Shown here one piece after another: positions 26,615-35,333 of a DNA stretch of 64,000 nt (position 1 is the first letter of the stretch; every line of letters starts with the position of its first letter). A program made the translations under genes and the position numbers. The stretch lies in contig OZ244071.1 in the NCBI GenBank assembly GCA_965215555.1, forward strand, positions 267,778 to 331,777, written 5' to 3'. The notes below the pieces were generated by a model. It saw only the letters and a list, made by a program, of their open reading frames with translations. It was not told the DNA's origin and searched no databases. Source of the DNA: Dehalococcoidia bacterium (GTDB lineage: Bacteria; Chloroflexota; Dehalococcoidia; Bin125).

Positions 26615-27630
26615 GCGACCCGTCAACTGAGTCCGAACCGGTAGGTATCTGGACTCACGGATTTACGTATGGAGCCGGTGGGGTTCGGTTGCATTACGCC
26701 GAAGCTCGTCCCGAGGGCGACCTGGATTCCGCGCCGTTGGCGATTCTGCTGCATGGTTTTCCCGAGTTCTGGTGGTCCTGGCGATTACAGATTCCGGCAC
26801 TGGCGGCGGCAGGGTATTGGGTCGTGGCCCCCGACCTTCGCGGATACAACCTCTCCGACGCTCCCTCGGACGTGCAGGACTACTCGATGGATTTGCTCAC
26901 GGAAGATGTGCAGCGTCTGATCGCTCACTTCGGTCGTGAACAGGCAGTCATCGTCGGTCACGACTGGGGCGGGGCGGTGGCCTGGCAGTTTGCCATGGAT
27001 TGTCCGGGATCTGTTGAGCAGCTCGTTGTGATGAATGCGCCGCATCCGGAGCGCATGGCGGAGGCATTTGGCGGCAAGATCAACTTCCGCCAGATCGGCC
27101 GCTCCTGGTACATGTTCGTATTTCAGATTCCCAAGCTGCCCGAGCGCTGGTTGGCCACCAATGACTACGAGCGCGTGGGCTGGGTGTTGCGCGACAGCGC
27201 CGCGCATCCCGAGGCGTTTCCGCCTGAGGTATTGCAGGAGTATCGCCGTGCGGCGGCGCGAAACGGCCTGACGGGGCCGCTGCACTTCTATCGCGCGGCG
27301 GTCCGCGCCGCAGCGCGAGACTCGCGCGCTCGATTCGGTAAGCGGTTCGTTGGGCTAGCTCAGGCGCTTGACAGTGTGCTCGACAGCGTGCTGGGCTCCG
27401 CACCCGCGGAGGCCACGGTGTTCCCGGCGATCTCTGCGCCGACACTGCTGCTCTGGGGAGAACGCGACACGGCGCTGGGCAAGGAGCTGACCGAGGGCAT
27501 GGACCACCTGTTCAGCGGCCCATTCGAGATTACGTATCTGCCGGACTGCGGACATTGGGTGCAGCAGGAAGGCGCGGAAGACGTCAACCGGCTGATGTTG
27601 GAGTTCCTGGAGCGTTATCGCGAGAACTAG
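26611..27630 (+). CDS. Alpha/beta hydrolase (epoxide hydrolase-like), copy 2 (tandem paralog)
   Basis: ATG 26611 overlaps the previous stop (ATGA). 'ILLHGFPEFWWSWRLQ' and 'GHDWGG'. Confidence 0.75.
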   Translation: MSDPSTESEPVGIWTHGFTYGAGGVRLHYAEARPEGDLDSAPLAILLHGFPEFWWSWRLQIPALAAAGYWVVAPDLRGYNLSDAPSDVQDYSMDLLTEDVQRLIAHFGREQAVIVGHDWGGAVAWQFAMDCPGSVEQLVVMNAPHPERMAEAFGGKINFRQIGRSWYMFVFQIPKLPERWLATNDYERVGWVLRDSAAHPEAFPPEVLQEYRRAAARNGLTGPLHFYRAAVRAAARDSRARFGKRFVGLAQALDSVLDSVLGSAPAEATVFPAISAPTLLLWGERDTALGKELTEGMDHLFSGPFEITYLPDCGHWVQQEGAEDVNRLMLEFLERYREN

Positions 27631-27640
27631 GGCGGGTTCC

Positions 27641-27875
27641 CATCAGCCATCTGCTTAGTCAGAGTTCGGCTATTGCCTCCCTTGATGCGGGTGCAATCTC
27701 GCCGAGTTGTGCATAGACAGTGGTGCTGAATGCAGCGAGATACCCGCGGCGAGCGCGGGAATGACGATATTTTGTTGGCGCGGGTATGACGGGAACCCCT
27801 GGGCGGGTGTGACGCGAACTCCTAGGCGGATATGAAGGGAACTTCTGGACTGAACGACGCCATGTGTACACGCCC
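27641..27875 (-). repeat. Structured intergenic repeat, copy B (inverted orientation, four internal ~24-bp sub-repeats)
   Basis: Reverse complement of copy A. Contains GCGGGAATGACGATATTTTGTTGGC / GCGGGTATGACGGGAACCCCTGGGC / GGGTGTGACGCGAACTCCTAGGC / GGATATGAAGGGAACTTCTGGACTG in tandem. Lies between convergent genes. Confidence 0.8.
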
Positions 27876-27906
27876 TGGAGCGGCCCAGGCTGGAACTGCG
27901 GCCCCT

Positions 27907-28968
27907 TTAGGTCAGTGGCGAGTCGGGGTCGACATCGGTGGTTGCGGCGATCCAATAGCGATGCCTGATGCCCATCGATAGTTCCTCGAGGTCGCGTGCC
28001 ACCTGACGTTCGGTCGTGGCATCGAGTCCGGCGCCACCGCAGACTCCGGTCAGCATCGAGCGTTTGAAGATGAGGCCGACTGAAGCGTCAACGAACGACA
28101 GGTCTCGCGCCTTGTGGGCGAGGAAGTACTGCATGTCCTTTGAGTCGAACGGCATCGGACCGCGGCCATCGGTGGGCCACAGACCCCAACCGAGATAGCC
28201 GCCGCGCGCGACGTGTTCGCGGACTGCACGGTGATGTTCGATCACATCGTCGACATGTCCTTCACGAGCATCGAAGTGGATCAGGTTGGGTCGGGAGTCA
28301 AGAATCCGAGTCCAGTTCGGTGAAGCGCAGCAGTGGATACCAGCGAGCGCGCCGACGCGCTGGACGGGCTCGATTGCGGCGCGCAGCACTGGAATGACTT
28401 CACGCCAGGGAAGTGGGATGGCTGGTTCTCCAACAGAAGCCAGTTCGGGTTCGTCAAAGAGAATGATTACCTGCTGGCCGAGCCGCTGAAAGACTCGCGC
28501 TTGCTCCGCCGCTGCGGCGCCGAGCCATGCCGCGAGTTGTTCAAGGGTTTGCAGATTCTCGTGCGGGGCCTTGCCAGAGGTGTCGCGAGTCCAACGGGAC
28601 AGCGTGAGCGGGCCGACGATATGTCCCTTGACGACATTCGACTTGCGTTCCTCGGACACTGTCGGCAGCCGGTCGAGGAGCTCGTACAGGCCTGCAGCGC
28701 GATCACGAGGCGGCAGGCCGGCGTTGGCCAGGTCGGACTCGGAGAGCGAGCCCGACCAGGTGATGTACTCGCCGTCCCACGACGCTCCCGGTAGGGAGAG
28801 CGCGGTCTGCGGGATCATCTGTTCCTCGGGCGTGCGGTTCGGCAATTGCGGCCAGAACGGGAGGCGCCAGTAATCTTCGAGGATTTCGGCAGTCGCTTCG
28901 CTGGCATCGGTGTGTCGAGTGGATCCGATGCCGCAGGGCAGGAGTGGGAGATGTATTGGTGCGTCCAC
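27907..28968 (-). CDS. MetE-like / UroD-like TIM-barrel protein (cobalamin-independent methionine synthase C-terminal domain-like)
   Basis: 'IILFDEPELA' and 'GIHCCASPNW' resemble MetE C-domain motifs. Weak assignment. Confidence 0.4.
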   Translation of the reverse strand: MDAPIHLPLLPCGIGSTRHTDASEATAEILEDYWRLPFWPQLPNRTPEEQMIPQTALSLPGASWDGEYITWSGSLSESDLANAGLPPRDRAAGLYELLDRLPTVSEERKSNVVKGHIVGPLTLSRWTRDTSGKAPHENLQTLEQLAAWLGAAAAEQARVFQRLGQQVIILFDEPELASVGEPAIPLPWREVIPVLRAAIEPVQRVGALAGIHCCASPNWTRILDSRPNLIHFDAREGHVDDVIEHHRAVREHVARGGYLGWGLWPTDGRGPMPFDSKDMQYFLAHKARDLSFVDASVGLIFKRSMLTGVCGGAGLDATTERQVARDLEELSMGIRHRYWIAATTDVDPDSPLT

Positions 28969-29297
28969 GTTCTCAACGCTTTCTGTGGAGATGTGGCAGG
29001 CGGACTCGCGGAGGGCGGGGCGGCGAGTCTAGTGTACCTGTGCGTTGGACGAAGCTGGGTTTGTCGCTTCGGGCGTCGCGGGGCAGGAATTGGGCCTCGA
29101 AACGTCTAGACAGGGCCGCTGAGATTCCTTACCCTAACTGCCCAGGTGATCAGACAAGTGATCCTTTTCGAAGCCGCTAACGCTGCCTCCATCGCGTCTA
29201 GTCGCCTGTGGAAGATACATAAGCTCAGCCGAAAGCCGTTTTGTTTCCTTCATTGAGGAACACACGTGCTACTATTGACCCTACAGGAGTCAGCGAC

Positions 29298-32189
29298 ATG
29301 ACCCGCGACGACGACCACACTGATGCTGCCGATGAAGCAACCGCTGCATTTGCGGGAGAAGCGGCTGTAGAGGAGACCACTTCCGCCCAGCCTGCCTCGC
29401 GTGTCGTCCGCGAGCCGCTGATTGGCCGCCACTTCACCCAGCCTGGTGAGGACGTGTACGCACAGATTGAATGGACGTATCGCACGGCGGCGATCACGTC
29501 TGATTCCGGCGAGGTGATCTTCGAGCAGACCGACATCGAGACGCCATCGTTCTGGTCGCAGACAGCGACGAACATTGTGGCCTCCAAGTATTTCTGGGGA
29601 GAAACCGGCACGCCTCAGCGCGAGACGTCGATGAAGACCCTGGTTGATCGCGTGGTCGAGACGATCACGCGATGGGGACGCGAGGGTGGCTACTTCAGCG
29701 ACGGCGCGGCGGCCTCGGCGTTCTCGCAGGAGCTGCGCTATCTGCTGATCAATCAGTACGCGGCGTTCAACTCGCCGGTCTGGTTCAACGTGGGCATTGA
29801 GGAGACGCCGCAATGCTCGGCCTGTTTCATCAACTCTGTCGAGGACTCGATGGAGTCGATCATGGATCTGGCCAAGCGTGAAGCGCTGCTGTTCAAGTGG
29901 GGTAGCGGCACGGGATCGAACCTGTCGACGCTGCGATCGAGCCGTGAGTCGCTGACCGGCGGCGGTAAGGCATCGGGACCGGTCTCGTTCATGCGTGGCT
30001 ATGACGCGTTCGCCAACGTGATCAAGTCGGGTGGTAAGACGCGCCGCGCGGCGAAGATGATCATCCTCGACTCGGACCACCCGGATGTGATGGAGTTCAT
30101 TGGCTGCAAGGCCGAGGAGGAACGTAAGGCGTGGGCACTGATCGATGCCGGGTATGACGGATCGCTCAACGGCGACGCCTACTCTTCGGTGTCGTTCCAG
30201 AACGCGAACCACTCAGTCCGCGTCGCCGATGAGTTCATGCAGGCGGTCGAAGCGAACGGGATGTGGGCGACCCGCGAGGTGGTCAGCAAGGATGTGGTGG
30301 AGCAGATGCCGGCGCGAGAAATCCTGCGCGCGATCTCGGCTGCGACGCATCAGTGCGGCGATCCGGGGATGCAGTTCGACTCGGTGATCAATGACTGGCA
30401 CACGTGCTCGAACACCGACCGAATCTATGCGTCAAACCCGTGCTCCGAGTACATGTTCCTGGACGACACGGCGTGCAACCTGGCGTCTCTGAATCTGCTG
30501 AAGTTCTATGACCTTGAGACGCACGAGTTCAACGTCGATGCGTATCGGCATGCTTGCCGCGTGATCATCACGGCGCAAGAGATTCTGGTCTCCAACGCCT
30601 CGTATCCCTCGCCTCTGATCGGCGAGAACTCGGAGAAGTACCGGCCACTGGGGCTTGGCTACACGAATCTCGGCGCGCTGCTGATGGCTCGCGGACTGCC
30701 CTATGACTCGGTCGAGGGTCGGGCGCTGGCTGCAACGGTGACCGCGTTGATGACCGGTGAGGGATATCTGCAGTCTGCCCGGATCGCGGAACGAATCGGT
30801 TCATTTGCCGGATTCGCCGACAACCGCGAACCGTTCCTGCGCGTAATGCGTAAGCACCAGGCGTCGGTCGGGCGGATCGATGGGCTGGCGAGCGTGCCCG
30901 CGGTCGTTCGCGCTGCCGCGGACGATGCCTGGCGTCAGGCGGTTGAGCTGGGCGAGGCGCATGGCTATCGCAACGCACAGGCGACGGTGTTGGCTCCGAC
31001 CGGCACGATCGCCTTCATGATGGACTGCGACACGACCGGCGTGGAGCCCGATATCTCGCTGGTCAAGTACAAGAATCTGTCCGGTGGCGGCTACTTCAAG
31101 ATCGTCAACCGCACGGTGCCTGCTGCGCTGCGGCGCCTGGGCTATGCCGAGGACGCGATCGAGCGCATCGGTGAGCACATCGACGAGACGGGGACGATTG
31201 AAGGCGCGGCGGACCTGAACTCGCAGCATCTGGCGATCTTCGACTGTGCGTTCAAAGCTCAGGCGGGGCAGCGCAGTATTGCTCCTTCCGGTCATATCCG
31301 GATGCTGGGCGCGGTGCAGCCGTTCCTCTCCGGCGCGGTCTCGAAGACGGTCAACGTGCCCGAGCACACCACCGTCGACGAGATCATGCAGACCTACATC
31401 GACGCATGGAAGCTGGGCGTCAAGGCCGTCGCGATCTATCGGGACAACTCGAAGCGGATTCAGCCGCTGGAGACCGGCGAGCGCAGCGGTCCCGCGGTGG
31501 CGCAGGCGGCGCAGGTCGCGGTTGACCCCGGACCGTCGTCGCCGATGGATGAACCTGTCGTCATCGAGAGTGCGAAGTCGCCGCCGGCGTATCGCCGCCA
31601 TCGATTGCCCGACGAGCGCAGTGCGATGACACACAAGTTCACGATCGGCGAACACGAAGGCTATATCACGATCGGCGAATTCGAGGACGGCAAGCCAGGT
31701 GAGGTGTTCGTACACATCTCCAAGGAAGGCTCCGCCGTTTCGGGACTGATGGATGCGGTCGGCACGCTGACATCGGTTGCGCTGCAGTCAGGCGTCCCGC
31801 TGTCGACATTGGTGAAGAAGTTCGCGCATATGCGCTTCGAGCCAAGCGGCTGGACGCGGTCGAAGGAGATTCCGCATGCGGATTCGATCCTCGACTACGT
31901 GTTCCGCTGGATGGGCACGAAGTATCTGAACGAGGACTCCTCGGACACGGTGGCCCAGCAAGCGCGGATGGCGATGTCGGCGGACGAGGTCAAGCTCGCC
32001 GATGAGTCGGCTGGACCGTCACCGGTGACTCCGACGCCGGTCGCGGTTCCTTTGGTGGACTCCTCGTCGACGGTCGGATTCCAGAATCAGCTCGACGCTC
32101 CACCATGTGCGGAATGCGGATCGATCATGGTCCGTTCCGGATCGTGCTTCCGCTGCATGAACTGCGGCGCAACGTCAGGCTGTTCATAG
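29298..32189 (+). CDS. nrdJ: Adenosylcobalamin-dependent ribonucleotide reductase (class II, NrdJ) with C-terminal zinc ribbon
   Basis: ATG 29298 preceded by AGGAG. About 960 aa. Ends 'CAECGSIMVRSGSCFRCMNCG'. Confidence 0.85.
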   Translation: MTRDDDHTDAADEATAAFAGEAAVEETTSAQPASRVVREPLIGRHFTQPGEDVYAQIEWTYRTAAITSDSGEVIFEQTDIETPSFWSQTATNIVASKYFWGETGTPQRETSMKTLVDRVVETITRWGREGGYFSDGAAASAFSQELRYLLINQYAAFNSPVWFNVGIEETPQCSACFINSVEDSMESIMDLAKREALLFKWGSGTGSNLSTLRSSRESLTGGGKASGPVSFMRGYDAFANVIKSGGKTRRAAKMIILDSDHPDVMEFIGCKAEEERKAWALIDAGYDGSLNGDAYSSVSFQNANHSVRVADEFMQAVEANGMWATREVVSKDVVEQMPAREILRAISAATHQCGDPGMQFDSVINDWHTCSNTDRIYASNPCSEYMFLDDTACNLASLNLLKFYDLETHEFNVDAYRHACRVIITAQEILVSNASYPSPLIGENSEKYRPLGLGYTNLGALLMARGLPYDSVEGRALAATVTALMTGEGYLQSARIAERIGSFAGFADNREPFLRVMRKHQASVGRIDGLASVPAVVRAAADDAWRQAVELGEAHGYRNAQATVLAPTGTIAFMMDCDTTGVEPDISLVKYKNLSGGGYFKIVNRTVPAALRRLGYAEDAIERIGEHIDETGTIEGAADLNSQHLAIFDCAFKAQAGQRSIAPSGHIRMLGAVQPFLSGAVSKTVNVPEHTTVDEIMQTYIDAWKLGVKAVAIYRDNSKRIQPLETGERSGPAVAQAAQVAVDPGPSSPMDEPVVIESAKSPPAYRRHRLPDERSAMTHKFTIGEHEGYITIGEFEDGKPGEVFVHISKEGSAVSGLMDAVGTLTSVALQSGVPLSTLVKKFAHMRFEPSGWTRSKEIPHADSILDYVFRWMGTKYLNEDSSDTVAQQARMAMSADEVKLADESAGPSPVTPTPVAVPLVDSSSTVGFQNQLDAPPCAECGSIMVRSGSCFRCMNCGATSGCS

Positions 32190-32194
32190 CGAGC

Positions 32195-32959
32195 TCAGGC
32201 TGAATCCTCGAGTTCCTTGAGCAGCGACTGGCGCCGGCGCTCGTACTCGGCCTGCGAGAGTGTCGTTCGCTCACGATCGAGCGCTTCGAGCTCAGGTGAT
32301 GTCGGAACGTTCCTGGCAGGTGTTGGGCTGCCGGAGTGCTCGGTCGCCGACGCTGATTGGTCTGGTCTCGCGCTCGGTGTTGGGGGCAATGTCGGGGCAA
32401 CTCGTGGCCCAGGAGGCGCCGGCGGTGGCATTCGCACTTCGCTTCGAGCAAATGTGGATCGCTGGGTCGCCAGTTTGGGCGCATCTCGGCGCACGACGAC
32501 GAGCGTTCCCACGAAGCGATCATGCACGCACTGGCGATCGGGATTCATCAGGATCCAGCCGGCGTTGATGATCGGTCCGAGCAAGCTGAACGCGTAACCG
32601 ACGAGACCGAGTAGCAGGCGTTTGATCACCAGTTCTCGCACCCACATACGTTGTGGGGTGATCGGCTGACCGGACTCGGAAATCACATACAGGTTGAGTA
32701 GCGACTTGGCCGGCGACTGACAGTCCCGCGAGGAACTCCACATCCAGACCAGCCAGACTGGCAGGAGCAGGAAGATCACGAGATCCAGAAGCTCTGCCCC
32801 GAGGCGAAGCTGGTAGGGCGCTGCGTAATCGCCTGAGGTGGGATGAGATGTGAGCACGCCGCATTCGCTGCAGAATGCTCCAACGCCGGGATACTCAGTG
32901 CAAACAGGGCAATGCTGGGTGCGCAGCGCGCTGGTACTGCCTGGGTTGGGCGTAGACAT
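32195..32959 (-). CDS. Zinc-ribbon + RDD family membrane protein, copy 1
   Basis: N-terminal 'CPVCTE..FCSECG', TM helices, 'NPDRQCVHDRFVGTLVV' (RDD), and a Pro-rich C-terminal tail. Confidence 0.65.
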   Translation of the reverse strand: MSTPNPGSTSALRTQHCPVCTEYPGVGAFCSECGVLTSHPTSGDYAAPYQLRLGAELLDLVIFLLLPVWLVWMWSSSRDCQSPAKSLLNLYVISESGQPITPQRMWVRELVIKRLLLGLVGYAFSLLGPIINAGWILMNPDRQCVHDRFVGTLVVVRRDAPKLATQRSTFARSEVRMPPPAPPGPRVAPTLPPTPSARPDQSASATEHSGSPTPARNVPTSPELEALDRERTTLSQAEYERRRQSLLKELEDSA

Positions 32960-33036
32960 GGTTCGCCCTCCGCCTGGAGGCTAGGACAGATGGTTGATCG
33001 GGCGTCATCGCCGGCGTGCGATGCGCTGATTGGGCG

Positions 33037-33615
33037 TCAACGGGGATCTTTGACGCGTTCAACGACGAGAGTTCCCATGACCTTGTCGTGCAACGTCTGG
33101 CGATCGTGGTCCCAGAGCAACCAGGCGGCGTCGAAGAAGGAGACTGCCCAGAACAGCACAGTCAGCCAGAACCAGAGGATGAGGAAATCACCGACGGAGC
33201 TGGCGACCGCTCCCAGCACGACGAGCAAGGCCACGGCGACTAAGCCGACTGCTGCGTCCCAACCAAACTCGCGGACCCAAACGTAGCGAGTCGTTGGTTG
33301 TTGGCCATCGGTTCTCAGAATGTACAGGCCCAGGAGCGACTTGCCCGGCGATTGACCTCGACGGGCGACGATTGCCAACCAGACCAGCCAGCCGATGCCG
33401 ATCGTCAGCCAGATAATCAGGTAGTCCAGCAGAAAGGCTCCGAGTCGTGACCAGCGTGACGCTGCAAACGAGCGTCCCTGAGGGTCGCGGCTGAGAAGAT
33501 CGCAACTGGCGCAGAAGTAGGCGCCTAGTCCAGTCGGCTGATGGCAAGCATCACATTCAAGGACGAACGTCCTGTCCGTGGGTGAGGACGAGGACGAGGA
33601 CGAGGACGAGGTCAT
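33037..33615 (-). CDS. Zinc-ribbon + RDD family membrane protein, copy 2 (poly-Ser N-terminus)
   Basis: 'MTSSSSSSSSSPTD', 'CDACHQ..FCASCD', and 'DHDRQTLHDKVMGTLVV'. Confidence 0.65.
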   Translation of the reverse strand: MTSSSSSSSSSPTDRTFVLECDACHQPTGLGAYFCASCDLLSRDPQGRSFAASRWSRLGAFLLDYLIIWLTIGIGWLVWLAIVARRGQSPGKSLLGLYILRTDGQQPTTRYVWVREFGWDAAVGLVAVALLVVLGAVASSVGDFLILWFWLTVLFWAVSFFDAAWLLWDHDRQTLHDKVMGTLVVERVKDPR

Positions 33616-34259
33616 AGTGCACGAAGCTCCGCGCTGGGTTGCTTGACTGGCCGAATGCTGATGACCAGCGTGCCAAAGACGCGATCGTGGAGCGTCTGTC
33701 TGTCGGGGCTGAAGAAAATGGCGACACCGTCGGCGACGACCACCATCGCGATCAGCACGACCACGATGCTGGCAATCGCGGAGTCGGGGTACAGGGAGCC
33801 GATCAGGAGCAAGGGCACATTGACCGCGACGCGATACCCAACTTCACGCGCCCACATCAGCTTGCGTGACGCGGGTGCGCCGTCTGTGCGAACGACCTGC
33901 GTCGAGACGAGCTGTTTGCCAGGCGTCTGACCTCGCTTCGCGATAGTGGCGAACCAGATCAGCCAAATCACGGAACCGAGCCAAAGCTCGAGCGATAACA
34001 GGCCTCCGACGCTGGCCAACGTGATGATCAGGCCGATCACGCTTGGAATCAGTCCGTCGGCAAGGGAGCCCATGAAGCGTGACATGCGGGTCGCGGCGTA
34101 GCGCGGCGAGTGGCCATGCTCAGCGTCCGAGCGAAGCACCTGGCAGGACGTGCAGAATTTGACACCCAGTCTGGTGTTCTTGCCGCAGGCGGCACAAATC
34201 GCTCCGAACAAACCTCGGGGCGGCGGCGCTGATTCTTCTAGAGGCTCGAATCGGCCCAT
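33612..34259 (-). CDS. Zinc-ribbon + RDD family membrane protein, copy 3
   Basis: 'CAACGKNTRLGVKFCTSCQ' and 'SPDRQTLHDRVFGTLVI'. Overlaps copy 2 by 4 nt. Confidence 0.65.
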   Translation of the reverse strand: MGRFEPLEESAPPPRGLFGAICAACGKNTRLGVKFCTSCQVLRSDAEHGHSPRYAATRMSRFMGSLADGLIPSVIGLIITLASVGGLLSLELWLGSVIWLIWFATIAKRGQTPGKQLVSTQVVRTDGAPASRKLMWAREVGYRVAVNVPLLLIGSLYPDSAIASIVVVLIAMVVVADGVAIFFSPDRQTLHDRVFGTLVISIRPVKQPSAELRAL

Positions 34260-34281
34260 GTATGGCGCTCCTGGCCCTGAG

Positions 34282-34321
34282 CTTAGTAGGGCAACCTAGT
34301 AGGACACTTAGTAGGACAAGG
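34282..34321. promoter_or_regulatory. Three tandem ~13-bp direct repeats TAGTAGG(G/A)CA upstream of the RDD gene cluster
   Basis: CTTAGTAGGGCAAC / CTAGTAGGACACT / TAGTAGGACAAGG, located 23-62 nt upstream of the RDD copy-3 start (34259) on the minus strand. Confidence 0.35.
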
Positions 34322-34901
34322 CTGAAGGTCGGTAGTCTCCGCTGCGCAGCGCCTTCATGAGATCGTCGACGCTGCGGATATCTGCCTCGAACTCGGTCGC
34401 GGCCGTCCCGACCTCATGCAAGGCATGGGAATCGCTGCCTCCGATCGGTGGAAGTGGCCTGGTCCGTCCCCGGGACGACGCGCTTTGATTTTGCAGCGGG
34501 CCATCGCAGCCGTTCAGGCCTTCGACGCCGTCGAACAACTCCATGGCAGCTCGTGGGACGCGCAAGCCGGGATCTCGGGCGGGATGGGCCAGATACATCA
34601 GGGCCTTGTGCTCGTCGCATAGCGCTCGCAGGCGTTTGGCATCCGTGATCCGGGGCACCAGCGACGCCAGACCATAGACCAGCACATGCCCCAGTTCGGT
34701 CGTCACTTCCACTCCAGGTAGCACGACGATGCCGACTTGCTCGGCAAGCCGGGCGGCTCGGTCGGCCGCCCAGACGACATCGTGCTCGGTCAGGATGACG
34801 CCGTCGATGCCTCGCTCGGCTGCTCGCGCGAGCGCCTCGTGGGGCAGCAGGTTGCTATCGGTCGAGAAGACCGAGGTGTGGGTGTGCATATCGATGAGCA
34901 T
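34308..34901 (-). CDS. PHP-domain metal-dependent phosphoesterase
   Basis: Start probably at 'MLIDMHTHTSVFS' (ATG 34901), the canonical PHP N-terminus. The listed ORF extends to 35051. Confidence 0.6.
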   Translation of the reverse strand: MLIDMHTHTSVFSTDSNLLPHEALARAAERGIDGVILTEHDVVWAADRAARLAEQVGIVVLPGVEVTTELGHVLVYGLASLVPRITDAKRLRALCDEHKALMYLAHPARDPGLRVPRAAMELFDGVEGLNGCDGPLQNQSASSRGRTRPLPPIGGSDSHALHEVGTAATEFEADIRSVDDLMKALRSGDYRPSALSY

Positions 34902-34997
34902 GTTGGCAAGCGTCACGGGTGCTGGAGTGTGGGTCAACCCCATGCCTGGACCGGCAAACGCGGAACTCGGTTGTACGATTCGCACGTGAGACTGATT

Positions 34998-35333
34998 GAG
35001 ATGACCGCCGCATTCGTCGAAGATGAACGGCAACTCGACGGCAGCCGACACGTTGAGATCGTGGGCGATACTGATGTCGCCGACGCGGCGTTGAGGTTGG
35101 TTGTCGACCGCGACGGCCAGGTTGAGGAGGCAGAGTTGAGCCTAGAGATTCACGAGGGATCGGACGGCACCTTCGCTGTGATTGAATTTGATCGAGACGC
35201 TCAGGGCGCGTCGCCAGACAACCTGGATCTGCAGTTGAACGGTATCGGAGGGCAATTGGTGCTGCGTCAACGGGATGACGGCGATATCGATCTGTCCCTG
35301 ACACTATTCGACGCATCGGGAGACCCGACATGA
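34998..35333 (+). CDS. Hypothetical small acidic protein, translationally coupled to cofD
   Basis: ATG 34998 (MTAAFVEDERQLDG...). 111 aa with GC-rich third codon positions. Its stop overlaps the cofD ATG (ATGA). Confidence 0.35.
   Translation, partial: EMTAAFVEDERQLDGSRHVEIVGDTDVADAALRLVVDRDGQVEEAELSLEIHEGSDGTFAVIEFDRDAQGASPDNLDLQLNGIGGQLVLRQRDDGDIDLSLTLFDASGDPT

Noticed and set aside
27659-27955. 98-aa ORF encoding ...YRHSRARRGYLAAFSTTVYAQLGEIAP...
   Set aside because: It lies entirely within copy B of the intergenic repeat. The similar peptides in 36869..37219 and 45325..46044 arise from the repeat, not from a conserved protein.
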